A stretch of DNA of 64,000 nt from Ruditapes philippinarum (lineage: Eukaryota): assembly GCF_026571515.1 (NCBI RefSeq), contig NW_026853749.1:1-64000 (forward strand). The letters are read 5' to 3'. The notes under the pieces are model-generated. The model was given only the letters and a program-made list of their open reading frames with translations, was not told the origin of the DNA and ran no database searches. Position 1 is the first letter of the stretch, and each line of letters starts with the position of its first letter. The position numbers and the translations under genes were made by a program. Below are positions 36,970-51,286 of this stretch, piece by piece.

Positions 36970-38144
36970 ATATATATATATATGTACACTCTGAGATGAA
37001 TTCGAAGAGAGTAACTGATGACTGCTCAATTTTATATCGTACATTAACGTCATTTATGTCAGTTAAAGGCAAGCTATATCATTTTTCAGTAACAAAACAC
37101 AGATATATGCGTTTTAAATAGCTTCTTTTTGACCTAAAATGATCAAATCGGCCACCTTTTTTAACATATTAGGGTTGAAATTGACGGTCACAGAAGCGAC
37201 TTTATAAGTAACGCTAAATGAAGTGTAAAAATTGAGTAGAAATAAATCGAAGAATCTTTTCAAACCAAGAGACGCGAGAGCGATTCGGTTTTAGTGGTAA
37301 TTTATCATTTAAAAGACGGCTATAAGGCGGATTCCTTTAGAAAGTTTATTGAAAATTTACGAATTAGCACTCGCACCACTTCATGTCAATATAACTGTTC
37401 ACGATAAGGTTTTAACCACTATAATCTGTTTTAATAACTGCGGAAATTTGACAGGTTATACGGTAATTATTTCATTAACACTTTTAAGATGTGTTGCAGA
37501 ATTTTCTAAACATATTCATTCATGCTCATACGTGGAAAAATTGTGGAGACATCCAATGATTTTATTAAAACTTTGATCTCGTAAAAAAATACAATTTCAA
37601 ACTGCGCCGACTAAAATAACCAAGTCAAGTAAAAGTTCAACCATGTCGCTAACAGTCTAACATTATATTATAGCGGAATCGAGAGAAAAACGTTGAAAGA
37701 CCCGTTAAAAGGGAAATGATTACACTCCTATGACAAGCAATTGGTGCATGTGAAATAATAGAACGGATAGTTTCTATATTTGATATATGATACGTTCAAT
37801 AGTGAAATTGTTAGATTGTTGAGATATCAGTGTGTTATATCGCCACTGACCATTGATCTTGAATGTTGCTTTTATTTTAAATAAAAAGTTGGGAAATGTC
37901 AATATTTCCCGAACAATTATAGAAATATGTGACCTACTGGAATAACCTACATTTAAAACGATCTACTTTTTTGGTGTGATTTTTTTTCATTTCCACTGGA
38001 CTAAAAATAGTTTTTACATGAATAACTTCTACAAAAAAAAGAGAAAGGAAATAAATATTAATTAAACTACATTAAATAGAAGTACGGTTTTATGATATAA
38101 ATTTTTATATTCATAAGAAGAGGGATTACAAGTGATTTATTAGA

Positions 38145-38564
38145 ATGGATGGTCGGCTGCTCTCGCGCCAGTCTACAACCTCGGTCGGGAGTGGAGCGGT
38201 TTTGGCGCCAAGTTGCGGGAACTGTATGGAAGTACTTCATGATCTCTATCAAAAACTCGAGCCACAAATAAGTAAATCTTACAGGCCTAATGCAAAATAT
38301 GTTCCTAATAAGGATCAGGACTCAAAATCTAGTTCTTCGAACGATTCTGTGACACAAGATAAATCAAACAAACAAAAACAAATGAAGACTGCTAAAATAG
38401 TGATTGGCGCAGTTTCGGAAATGCAGAAACGTAGAGATTCTACAGTGTCAATTAGAAAGAAGTTCGGTGATATTGCGAGACGCGCGTCTGCTCAAGGAAT
38501 TGATGACACTGTTTTGAAAGAAGTTAGCCAAAGTCTTCCAAATCTTACAGAAACAGAATCTTAA
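38145..38564 (+). CDS. Probable small uncharacterised protein (139 aa)
   Basis: Longest non-repeat ORF in the window, GC-richer than its flanks, with a protein-like composition (CGNC, Ser/Lys-rich linker, RRDS and RRAS motifs). Possible acceptor TTATTAG just before the ATG; AATAAA ~30 nt after the stop. Confidence 0.6.
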   Translation: MDGRLLSRQSTTSVGSGAVLAPSCGNCMEVLHDLYQKLEPQISKSYRPNAKYVPNKDQDSKSSSSNDSVTQDKSNKQKQMKTAKIVIGAVSEMQKRRDSTVSIRKKFGDIARRASAQGIDDTVLKEVSQSLPNLTETES

Positions 38565-40387
38565 AATTGCTAAGGAGCAGACGACATAGAAAATGAATAA
38601 AATGCAACATAAATTTATTACATAGAACTCGATCTCTCTATTTCAGTTGACAGATATTGTTTTCTAGGCGCCTGAATATATCAATGACAGTAAAATCAGT
38701 TTTCATGTTTGTTCTTTATAAATCAATCTTCTTTAGCAAAATTTTGTAAAATAAAAAAAATACCGTTGAACAAAAAGTACAGTATTCTCCGAAGATAAAG
38801 AATGCAAAATACATCCTAGAAGGGATACAGAAATGGTGATAAAACAAACTGCTTTTAATATAATGGATCAATTCTTTAAAAAAATTCATAAACTTTGCAC
38901 AACGGAATGTTTGTCTAAGGATTACTATTCCGAAATATACATACAGCAACGATCAACACGTATCTAATCTAACTATGTACAGTGGCTTTTTAAGTGCTTC
39001 ACGTGAGATATTGTTCATTTGTGAAACCGTATTGTTGAATAATAATACATGTATATATCAAATAATTGAATTTTTTAAAGTAGTTTACAATAAAAAGGGA
39101 TCTCAGTTACATGTACTGTATTTTTGACCATTTATATTAACAGAAGTGTCATATGGCAGAATAAAAGAATAATCAAAGAATATAACTCTTTACCTAAACG
39201 TTAACGTTTTTAAGCACCCACTTCTATTTATTGATATTTGATTTAATTTCATTTCAAACTTGTGGTATTTATATTATTAAGACATTCTTGTAAACTTTAT
39301 GAAACTGTGACTTTTGATTCACGCTCTTTAGTACTGTCATTTCTTCAAGGATTTTATTACAGACGTTTTTCACAATATCCGGTTCAAAATGAAAAAGAAT
39401 GTCAGAAATCAATTAGCTCCTTCACGTTTAAAGATTAATAAATAATACGAACATTTGTAAGGGTATGAGATTTCAATAGATTTATTGAATAGAATACATG
39501 AGAAAACAAAGCTTTCGATGTTGGTGTCTTATTCCATGCGGAACACATTATACCAAAGCGGATACCAGAACTGTCCAATGTTTAATTAAAAATATCAATT
39601 ATAAAGTAAACACAAAATACACAGAAATATTTCATGTATCTATGTCAACAAAATAAAGAGCAATGACCAGTGAAAACAATAATTCATTCATAGCGTATAT
39701 TTAAAGAGGAATAATTAAATATATTGTTGATTGTTGCGAACGAATGGGGCATTTCTATGATCACATGAACTTAAGTTATTGCTTTAAGTTACAGCTTTAA
39801 TTAAGTTCATACAAAGACATACTGTATTTTGACAAGTACCTGTTAAGTGCAAGAATAAGGCAAATCCTAGTTTAACAACAGTATCATTTTAATGTCATTA
39901 AATTTTAGAACTTTTATTATAATATATAGTCACAATCGATTGCAAAGTATGACTATAGAAAATATACAATAAAATCTTAATGTCAAAACACCTGCTAGGA
40001 GAGTAGGGCATACATTTTAGTTTATTCAATGTAGACCAGAGGATAAATGATCTTATGTTTGATCATGAAAAAAATGTTGAAATATAATGATTATTTAAGG
40101 TTAACGGGTAAACGTCTATTAAATAATTTACGGTGTAAATGATGACATGATAAAATCATTAAATATTTGGTCCGTTTTCTTATCTGTTATATAAAGGGAA
40201 AATGTGTTTGTATTGGCTCTATATAATAGGTACCATAATTCACTAGACTTATGTTTGAAAGTCCTTGATTTTAAATTGATAATATATAGTTATATGATCG
40301 TTGTAATTTTATCATTCCATCATTGAAATTATCTACTTTAAGAAGACAGTGAGTCATCAACAGAGATAATACATGTATGTAATTAAA

Positions 40388-41010
40388 GAATCAATAATTG
40401 TGTTAGGCAATGCCAGAGAAAAAAAATCTATTTTTGAATCAATAATTGTGTTAGGCAGAACCAGAGAAAATATACCATTTATGAATCAGAAATGGTGTTA
40501 GGAAATACCAGAGAAAATATACCATTTACGAATCAATAATGGTGTTAGGCAATGCCAGAGATAATATACCATTTATGAATCAATAATGGTGTAAGGCAAT
40601 GCCAGAGAAAATATACCATTTATGAATCAATAATGGTGTTAGGCAATGCCAGAGAAAATATACCGTTTATCAATTGAAACTGGTGTTAGGAAACACAATA
40701 GAAAATATACAATTTAGGAATCAATTATGGTGTTAGGAAATCCCAAGGAAAATATACCATTTATGAATCAATAATGGTGTTAGGCAATGCCAGAGAAAAT
40801 ATACCGTTTATCAATTGAAACTGGTGTTAGGAAACACAATAGAAAATATACAATTTAGGAATCAATTATGGTGTTAGGAAATCCCAAGGAAAATATACCA
40901 TTTATGAATCAATAATGGTGTAAGGCAATGCCAGAGAAAATATACCATTCACGAATCAATAATGGCGTTTGGCAGTACCAGAGAAAATATATTATTTATG
41001 AATCAATAAT
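40388..41010. repeat. 47-bp minisatellite, ~13 copies, with a 141-bp higher-order duplication
   Basis: Unit GAATCAATAATGGTGTTAGGCAATGCCAGAGAAAATATACCATTTAT; 40624-40764 is identical to 40765-40905. Confidence 0.95.
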
Positions 41011-41811
41011 TTTATAAATACGGATATAAAAGTATATGTATTTTTTTCCGATTCCATAAAATATCCGAATGTCTGTATAGAGGTGAAGGGTATCCACACT
41101 TTTTTTTATCGTACAGTAACAGGGTGGTGGCCTACATCAATAAGCTCTGTTCTGTTTTGCTCCTGTGTAAAAGTTGATCGCGTAGTGTAAAAAACATATA
41201 TACACGTTTACAAATATATTTTCAAACATTTAAGCATAATAGTACATCATCAATGATTAAATGCTTTATTGTAAAGTAACGTTCATCATTTTCAAGTACA
41301 CTAAATTTCTTAAATGGATTTATCAGGCTTTCATAGTTTAAAGTGACATTATGTCCATCCAAGGGGACAGGTGAAAGTAAAAAAAAAGTTAACATTTTAC
41401 CATAATTCCTTTCAATTTTATAACTTACTGCGCATGAATGATAAATAAACCTCATGATCCACGGAAATTTCTGTAAAAAGATATCAAAGTAAACCTGTAA
41501 TATTCAATTTATAAAAAAAGTGGAGCAGTCTTTTTATATATTAGGCAGATTTATATTAAATCTTAAACATTTTCTAAAACAACTTTTAACAAATCACCAT
41601 TTTAGCAGTCAAGCTTTTGAAATTTATATCAATTCAATTTCGGCTCAACTTGAACATGAATAAAATGAGCATAATGCCACTTTAAAGCTGGTAATTTAGA
41701 GCCTTGCCTAACTGCACGAATATTCAGACTTGTTAGGCTCTAGCTTAAGTGGAAGACCTTCGGTTTCAGCAGTGGACAGGTTAAGTAATAACCATGAACT
41801 GGAGTACATAT

Positions 41812-42048
41812 GAGCCGCGTCACGACAAAAAACCAACATAATGGGTTTGCGACCAGCATGGATCCAGACCAGCCTGTGCATCCGCGCAGTCTGATCAGGA
41901 TCCATGCTGTTCGCTATCAGTTTCTCTACTTGTTATTGGGTTTGTAAGCGAACAGCATGGATCCTGATCAGACTGCGCGGATGCGCAGGCTGGTCTGGAT
42001 CCATGCTGGTCGCAAACCTATTATGTTGGTTTTGTCATGACGCGGCTC
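41812..42048. mobile_element. Palindromic MITE copy 8 (ATAT TSD)
   Basis: ATAT-GAGCCGCG...CGCGGCTC-ATAT; full length. Confidence 0.9.
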
Positions 42049-43482
42049 ATATGTCCTTTGTTACCCCATAACATTTCATCTAATCTTATAATCATATTAA
42101 TTCAATCACATCTTTTTTATTTTATTTTTCAGTTCTACATTTGTACCAATAATAAAGGAATGTTAGGCAATCCCTTGTGAGTACATTTACCTTAAGAACC
42201 AAGAGTGTAGACAATGATCCACATTATTGAAACTAAATTTCAACTTCTTATTCGTTAAAGCAAAAGTTTGAAGAGCAACCACAAGGCCGGCCGCATATTC
42301 AAGATTAAGGGTTTCCTCAGTACATCTCTTGTACCAGATCTGATAATGCCATTAGTAAAAACCAGTTACTGGCAAACATTTAAAAAAAAACATTTTATTA
42401 TATTCAATATGCCACCATCTTCGTTTGTAGCTGAGGTCACGTGCCCGTACGAATCGGTAAAGGTCACTTGCCCGTAAGAATCTATATATGAACATTGAAG
42501 TTGGGCTCGTGGCACAAATAAAGCCCAGCGGGGCAAGCGAGATCTTCCTGAGCAAGTTAAGCATATATCATTCACTATAGACTTTAGACACACATTTCAG
42601 AGTACAGGAGCAGAGCGTTTATTAGAGAGCATACAATATCATGTCAACTTAAGTAGGTTCTGAATGAAATAGAGATAACTTGCATAATCTTCAAGGATCT
42701 TATATAATCATTATATTACTACCAATTACTATCAATCATCATCAAGTTTGAATTAATTTATGGTCAATTACCCCCTTTAGTGAAACCCCTTGACACAGAG
42801 TGAGTGGCATGATTAAATCTAGGGTAAAGGAATTTCAAGGATAATTTACATATTCTAAATCAATATAAACTATTCATTCCGATTAAAGAAATCAAAACTT
42901 TGCTTTTTTGAATGCCACGTATCCGAAGTTTTGACAAAATTGGTGAAGGGTTTCAGGATCTAATATTTGTATGAAAATGTCCTGGTTTTCATTGTTCACT
43001 GTATTTTAAACCACCTTGCTATATTACACACATTATCCAAATGAATGTAACACAAGCCTGTATTGTCTGATACCCTGTATCCACAAAGGACACTTATATT
43101 CATAATCTTCTTACCTTTCTAACAAAAAATGAAAACATCTTATCAAGTATTAAATAATATTTAACACCAGCTTGAGTAATAGGTTGTAAGCATTCATAAA
43201 AGTGGACATTGTATACATATTTTTGTTTCATTTTAACGTATAAAACGGAGAACAGATTAATGATTATCAAAACATATAGAACAAACTTGGTAACAAGGTG
43301 ACAGTTGATCAAAGGTCAAATACAGGTCAATTAAACACTTTAAATAGTTTGGTTTATTTGTCTGTTTTTAGTCAGTTATTAACCCAAACAAGATTACTCC
43401 CACTGACAGGATTAGAAGAGATAAGAAAATATCCCTGGAATAATAGTGCAAAATGTAAATTTATTATTACAAAAACTTACTT

Positions 43483-44465
43483 CACAATGAGAGGGCCATT
43501 ATGGCTTTTAATTGCTCACCTGTAATATTTGGCTGGAAAAAGTCACAATTTTTATTTATTAATGCTAATGTCAACAAAAGCCATGTTAACATGGCCATCC
43601 CCCGCCGAATGTGTTTGTTCATTGGAAGAATGTATATGTAGTAGAGCAGAATAATTCAATTCTAAGAGGTATTTTGGTAATGAAAACTGATGGCTGAAGT
43701 GATTACAGATTTGAAACCTCTGGGCAAAAATTAAGTTTGAAAAATAACAAAGGGCAATAACTGAAAAATCATGCAGGGTAGAGTTATCATTCTTGTGAGA
43801 CGGAGACTATTTCTATAATGAGGTCACATTGGAATTTGAGTTTTCTTTTCATTTTTAGGCAATTATTTTCTAAAATATTCGTATTTGTCTGCTATGAAAT
43901 GCTTCAGGACAAATATCTAAGCTTTTGACATTGTACTTCCACAAAAGAAATTCCTATAAGTCTATATGGATGAAGTAACCCCCCCCCCACCCCGGTAGAG
44001 GCCAATTTTGACCCCAGGGACATGATTTACATAACTTTTGTAGAGGATCACAACATGATCCTACATGCCAAATATCTAAGCTTTAGGATTTTTAGAGAAT
44101 AAGATTTTTAAGATATTTTTACTTTACAAGTCTATGTAAACTCAAGTCATCCAAAGGACAAGGCAATTATTGACCCCAGGAGGTGACCACAAGGTGATGC
44201 TACATGCCATATATCTGAGCTCTGGGGATTGTTGTTTCTGAGGTTTTTTATAAAAAAAATTGATGATTTATGTCTGTGACCCACTTATGCATAAAAGTGA
44301 CACAATGTATATATCTTTTGTGGCAGACCACCTAAGGATCATTCCTGTGAAGTGTGATAAAAATCCATCAACTCGGGTTTTGGATGAGATGTCAGTTAAA
44401 GAAATCGGGGTTACAATGACAACAGACAACCACAAAAGCTTTAAACTAAGCAATTTGCGCTAAAA
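43483..44465 (+). mobile_element. Degenerate composite HINE-like element related to 20527-20922
   Basis: GAGGGCCATTATGGC...GCTCACCTG head; internal CATGCCAAATATCTAAGCT and TTGACCCCAGG repeats shared with 20527-20922. Confidence 0.5.
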
Positions 44466-45398
44466 TGAAAATTGTAAAAAAGAAGCTTTAAGGTGATTTC
44501 ACATTTTTTTTAAAGAAACAAAGAATTTAGCTGTTTTTAAATACATTGTATTGTCAAACTGTAAAGAATTAAAGATCTTACTTAATGTATGTAGTTAAGT
44601 AATATTTATCTATCATACAAATATGTGTATTTTATTTAATATTACTGGTTCTTTTGTTTTAGCAGGCAGATGATAATTACTAATCTGTTTATTTTTGATC
44701 TGATCAAAGTTGATATACATGTATGACTTTACATTATGTTTTTTTCATAAAGACACTGATTAGAAATGATAATCTAACCATTTAAATGTGGATTATATAT
44801 TATGATACAATGTACTTGTAATATGTTTGTAACAACATACATGCAGTCTCCTATAATTCTTTATAAAATGTCCATTTACATGTATTTTAAGCTTTTTAAA
44901 TGTGTATTTCTATTATATGTACATGTATTGGATGAGACTTAAATAAGTTAGTAAACATAAAGTGAGGTAAAACAGGTAAATCAGATTTTGTACTTGCATC
45001 TGTCACTCAGTCACTAATTTTGAGAAAATCTTATCATGTATTGAACCTAAGATATATAAACTTTGAGGAACGTTTACATTAAAATTTAAAGTTGTAACTT
45101 CATATGACATCAATGGTGCTAGATATTATAATAATCAAACAAAACATTGATTTGTAAAGTCATTTAATGTTACCATGTCTAGCTTTGGAATACAGCTGTA
45201 AAATATCAGTTTATGATATTTAAATGTAAAACGCTGTTCAGGGATTTGTCAAACTGTATGGATGTGCCAACTGACATTGCTCATTACTGATTGCTTTGAC
45301 CTTTCATTAAATAATCCATGTCCAAAAGAGTCAAAGTAAATAAAATATACACTTGTAATTATTATTTGTTTCAACTGTCACTGGTAAAAATGTAAACA

Positions 45399-46420
45399 AA
45401 CAAGAGCTGTCACAGGAGACCGCGAAGCTCGACTAATTAAATACTGGACGCAGTAAGGAAGACAAAACTATGAAAGAAAAATCAAATATGATATAAATAT
45501 ATTTCTCCTTATGACAGTTAGAAGTTATAGTTGTTAACATAAATTCCAAGTTCAAGGGGGAACAATTCTGGAAATAGTCACACTAGAGTTATGGATATTG
45601 TCACACATCATGTGTGTAATGATAAGAAATATATATTTGAAGTTTGGAGAAGATACCTTAAAAAATAAAGAAGTTATAATGAAGAAACCTTAAAAAATAA
45701 AGAAGTTTTTTTCATTAATATACTTCTTTAAAAAAATTCTAAGTTCAAAGGTAGATAAACCTGTAAGTATCTCTGCAAAAATGATGATAAGGAATATGTA
45801 CTTGAAGTTTGAGGTAGATACCTTTAAAACTAAAGAAGTTATCATAAAAAATTACATTTTTCAAGTAAAAAAACATCTAAGTTCATGGGGAGATAACTCT
45901 TGCAATATTGGTGTTAGAGTCACATAAGATATGGTTAATTATAAGGAACATATATTTGAAGTATGAAGTTGATCGCTTAGAAAATAAAGAATAAGCAGCA
46001 AAAAATAATACTTTTTAAGGAAAATTCTTAGTCCAAGGGGAAATAAATCTGAAAATATTGGTGCTAGAGTTATGAACCTTGTCGCATAAGATGTGGTTGA
46101 TGATAAAGAAGATATATTTGAAGTACGAAGTTGATACCTTAAGAAATGAAAAAGTTATCGTAAAGAATAATATTCTTTAAGGAAAATTCTAAGTTCAAGG
46201 GGAGATAAATCTGAAAATATTGATGCTAGAGTTATGAACCTTGTCCCATAAGATATGGTTGATGATAAGGAACATTTGAAGTTAATAACTTAAGAAATAA
46301 AAAAGTTAAAGTGAAAAATATTCTACTGCACCAAAAGTTTAATCTGAAATCTGGATGCAGACGCCGATGCCGGGGCAAGTAGGACATCTCTCAATATACT
46401 TTGTATAGTCGAGCTAAAAA
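45399..46420 (+). mobile_element. HINE-like element with ~165-bp internal tandem repeats
   Basis: AACAAGAGCTGTC...GCTCGACTA at the 5' end and TAGTCGAGCTAAAAA at the 3' end; GACGCCGATGCC tract; repeated AATTCTAAGTTCAAGGGG...TAGAGTTATG. Confidence 0.75.
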
Positions 46421-47235
46421 TCACCAAATTACATCAATCATTTGCAATGTCATTTTATTCATACCTCCTTATTACAGTACTAAAATAAGTTGCATTAAAC
46501 AGTGCCAATACACATTATCTTTTATGTATGTTGAAATAGAAAGTTTACATATTGCCATTGCACAGCTACATGTATTGTTTGCTGTTGTTCAACTTTGCAT
46601 TTCAGTACCTTACAGTCATTACTAATTGGCCTAATCTAACTACATGTACTAAGTAAATTAAAATAAATTAAAAGAAATATGGAGCTGAAAAAAAACTCAA
46701 TGTCTTTTAACAAAAACTATTACTATTTGAAAATGCTGGTCAACACAATAATACAGTTTTCATCACAGCCTGTAATCTGAGTAGAAATGGGAGAGGTATA
46801 AACAACTATTGTATAATATATATTGATCAAAACCTCAAGAATCATCTCATTTAAAATAGAACATTATGCTAATCCCATCAACACATTCTACAACGCCGAC
46901 TCAATCTGGTACTGATGCAGATAAATATGTCCCTTCCTTCTACCTGAATTTGTCCAATTCATGATTATACATGCATTAACACATTGAATGTGCTAGCTGC
47001 TTGCCTGTACCACAATTGCCTGTAACACAAAAACAGAGTTGGGCTAGATTGGTTATCTGCATGGTCTGTCTGTAAATTGTTGGCTGAACAGGAAGGATAA
47101 TCTGTTATCTAAAGCCCTGAAAATATCTTGAAAATTCTTAATTCAAATCAACACTATTCCATTACACAAACTTAGCCCAGAAATTGTGAAGACCAACAAG
47201 CAGATCCTGTGGATAAAACACATAACACTTTATCA

Positions 47236-50200
47236 TCATTTCACAGTGATTTCAGCAGATGAGTCAGAAACGTTTCTTGATTTTTTGACAGGTTCATTCT
47301 GTAACTGTTGAGCATATGCCTCTCTGATAATCTTAAATGCTTGCAGTGTAGCATATGGAGTATGAGTTATAGGGTCAAAATATTTGGCAGGTAGACGTGT
47401 AACTGGACAAAACTGTTTTACAGGAGGTTTCGATCTTTTCTCCGGAAAGTAGTCCTTGATTATACGTTCATCAGTAAATGTAATAAATGAACGTTCACAT
47501 TTTTCTCCCGTATCAACAGGCTCTTTGTGTGCTGATTCTTCCCTGAAATAATACAATAATTCATACAAATAATACATGCCTTAATCTATATAATGGCTTC
47601 TAAATGTTTACACTTTTGTCTTGGAAAAATTAAACAAAAAGAATTGTACAAATATTTGTTATTTATTTCAATTCATGCTAAAATACTTGTTATGTATGCT
47701 GTTGTGTTTTGTTGTTTTATTGTTTTTTGGGTTTTTTTCACATTTGTTTTTAAATATTTCAGTTAATGTCAGTTACATAAAGTGTGCTATCATTGAATTT
47801 GTGAATATATTTTTACATTATGTACAACCAACAAGTAGATTTGACATGATTAAGATTTAACACAGATTTATAGACAGTGAGATTTTATATCTATCCTAAA
47901 ATGTAACAAATTCTTACTGTTTACAGAAATCATTACACATTTTAATGTTACAAAACTGACCAGACAACTTACCAGACAGGCAAAAGATTTGACAAAAGGG
48001 TGGCTCTAAATAAGTACAGATAGAAAGAACCAGCTTGTCACTATAATGCAGTAACAGGTTCACTCTTATTGATTTTTAATCCTTTACAACACTATGGTAA
48101 GGAATTATGTGATATATGTAAGCATAATAACACAGATTGTACTAATAACAAATCTATAGACGAAATGATAATAAAATAAAATCAACTAGACTCACATGTC
48201 ATCATCATCATCTGGAATTTCTTCAATCAGTGGCATTGTTAGTGAGTGATATCTAATTACTGGTCCCTTCTGTGTCTGCTTAATTGCTCGCCGACTTTTC
48301 TTCTCTAACTCTAAACGTTGGTAATTTTCTAAAACAAAGTTTACATGACATGATCAGCAAGGAAATCTAAGAAGAAGAGTATGTTACAATAAAATTTTCA
48401 TAAAATCTTCAGCAATTAAATACATGTAAATGTCTTGAGCAAAATAAATTTTAGTGTAGTTCTTAATATTTGCCTGATTAAGATATTACACAATAACAAA
48501 GTACATATAAATATGAATACAAGAAAGCTGGAAGTAAGATTTATCAAACACACACTTTAATTTCAGAACAGATTAGCTCAAAAAGGACAGTGTTTACAGG
48601 CATATATATATACTCATCCTAGCAAATAATAAGTTACTTTACAATCAATCAGCGTGCAGTAAAAAATGTTCATGATTCAGATTGATAAAACGTTTCATAC
48701 CTAGAGACTGCATGTTCAATTCCTCGGTAATTTTAGCTTCCTCCAGAAGTTCCTCCTGTGTAAGTCTTCTAACCTCCGCCACTCGTTTCTGTGTTGCAAT
48801 CTCTTTTAACATTTTTTGTTTCATCTCTCGTTCTTTCTCTCTCTCCGCTCTTTCCTTTGATCTTTCAGATGTTGATTTTCTAAGAGATTTCTTTTCTACA
48901 GTAGAAACAATATATGTCTATTATTATGTTTAATAGACTATATCATGTAGAACAAGTATCTTAGACAGGACAGCTTACTTTTAATTATTTAGCTGTTAGT
49001 GGTATTATATACAAACCCGTGCCAACAACTCTGAGTAAGGTCATCTTATATATTACCAGTGTGTATAGACTCTTTACTGTCAACTGTTCAATATTTTAAT
49101 TTTTTTTTCTTCTGTCAGACATATCTACTATCTACTACAATTATATGCAAAATTGTACAATGCACCCGATAAAAAAGATAGAAAATGTCTAGGAATTGCA
49201 ATGTTTGAGCTTTTAATCTGGAATAAAAGACAAAACAATGAAGTTATATATGAACAACTTGTAATTTCTGACCCAACTTTGCAGAAACTGTAAAAGACTT
49301 TTCATATGGAATTGATACTACAACCCCTTTAAATATTTACCTGGACTAGACTGATAAATCTGTATAGAAGGTGGAGGCTTGGATTTTCTCTTCTCAGGTT
49401 TTTTCTTTGGTTCACTGGTTTTTGGAGCAGCTGGTTCCTGAAAATGCAGTAAGATTTATTGTTTGTTATATTCATTCTCCTTTAAAACATTTCAAATACA
49501 CGGTATGTTCTAGTTAGGTTAGTCTTCAGAATGATATAAAAAAAAGTTCATGTACATATAAAGTAAATAAATTTCTCTTTTATTTTATGCCTTATAAGTA
49601 TAAAAACATCAATTTGATGTTGAAAATATTTTTCTAAGATCACAAAGCACCATACTTGTAAATCATTTAAAATTAATGCAAGATTTATGGACCTTGGACA
49701 TTCAATAATTATTATGATCCCACAGATATATATTTAGTTTCAAGTGAAAACCTTTTGAAGTTTTGAAGACTGATGTTAAATAACTGATAACATTCTACAG
49801 GGTAGTGTTTAATTTCAGTACAACTTCAAGAAATGACATTATATACAAGGTTACCTTGTAAGCCTTTGTACTAACACCACCTCTCTTCTTTCTCTTGGGC
49901 TCATCATCTTCCATATCACTCTTCACTTCATCATCCTCATCTATATCTATGTCGGAATAATCTACATCACTTTCTGATACCTCAGATTCATATTCCTTGT
50001 CATCCTCTTCCTGAATAAACATTTGATAAAGTTCTAGTCTGTTATAATCATAAATTGTATGCAATGTTACAACAGTAAAGGACAATAAATAATTCATCAA
50101 CATATCAAAAAAAGCTTATTTCAAACATATGAAAATATTTGATAAACTGATTTATGTAAATATTTTCATGCTTAATGATAACTAAATCTATGCTACAGAG

Positions 50201-50907
50201 ATGTTCCATTTTCAATCTGGAATGGTCCTTAGTTAGTTTATATACACACATGTACAACCTGTAATAAATGATCAGCTTGAACAGTAACTATCTCAATTTT
50301 ACTAATACAGTATCAGCGTTTTTTCTCTCTACTTTGGGAATGGTGCCGGTACCAGACTGATTGGGTAAAAATGCGTTATTTTGACTTATATTGGGAATAT
50401 TTTTTAATGCATTTTTTCAGCTACAAATAAGATTAATCATCATACAAGTAAATAAAGATAGCTAACAGCTTCCACTGTCAAGGTAGAACTATGAAGTGGT
50501 GATTTATATGAATATGTTGGATTTAAATAATTTCAGATAAATTTCTTGGCCTTGTGGGAATTTTGAACATCAATTTTGGTAATTTAAACATTGGAAATTA
50601 AAAATTTTAATGTCTATTTTCTATTGGGAACAGTACCGTTTTAGGTTAGTAGTTATATAAAGAAAAAAAACACTGAGTATAACAGATACAGTTACTTTTA
50701 CTACCTTTACTTTAACATTACAAAGCAAACATTAGTATTATACAGTCTATAAACATTATTTATTTCATCTCTGATATATATATTTACCTCATTAAATCCT
50801 CCATAAGTTGTTGTATAGAATTCATCTTCCTCCTCTGCCTCCAGCAGAGATGACATCTTACTGCCAGCATTGCTTCGCTTTTCTCTTCCTGCAGCTAGGC
50901 CAGACAT
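47236..50907 (-). CDS. VPS72: Vacuolar protein sorting-associated protein 72 homolog (YL1; SWR1/SRCAP H2A.Z chaperone subunit), 335 aa
   Basis: Exons 50907-50788, 50010-49855, 49437-49341, 48895-48701, 48328-48196, 47542-47236 (1008 nt, GT-AG, in phase). YL1 motifs: REKRSNAGSKMSSLLEAEEEDEFYTTTYGGF, LTQEELLEEAKITEELN, GPVIRYHS, CERSFITF, CPVTRLPAKYFDPITHTPYA. Confidence 0.97.
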
Positions 50908-51286
50908 TCTTAAACTCTGTAATTCATTAATAATTATTTTGTTACTTTGCAGTTACAATGGCCTACATTTATGTATAAGCAGTTATTTATTTAACTACAA
51001 TTTGTACAAAAATCTTGAAATATGAATATTGAAATAATGTCAACAATGGATCGATGTTCTAATATATACATGTTTGTACTTTTAGCCGTTAAATCACAAC
51101 AATTTGACAAACTAGCAGTTTAAAAACAGCTTGATTTATATTATTTTGGCATAGATATATCGATTTAACTCAAAGATATGGAAAACGACTCATATTTTTT
51201 CACTCGATATACCACGGTTATAAATCGTCTATTAAAAAGAGATATAAGAATGTGTTATTCTGGTCAGATTTCGCAATAGGTCTTAT

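Noticed and set aside
40388-41010. CRISPR-like appearance of the 47-bp array (and of the 31-bp array at 59837-60153)
   Set aside because: Units are head-to-tail with no unique spacers, there are no cas genes, and the context is eukaryotic.
48682-48933. Plus-strand ORFs 48682-48933, 51900-52136 and 32998-33207, and minus-strand ORFs inside the retrotransposon
   Set aside because: They are antisense shadows of real coding sequence on the opposite strand.
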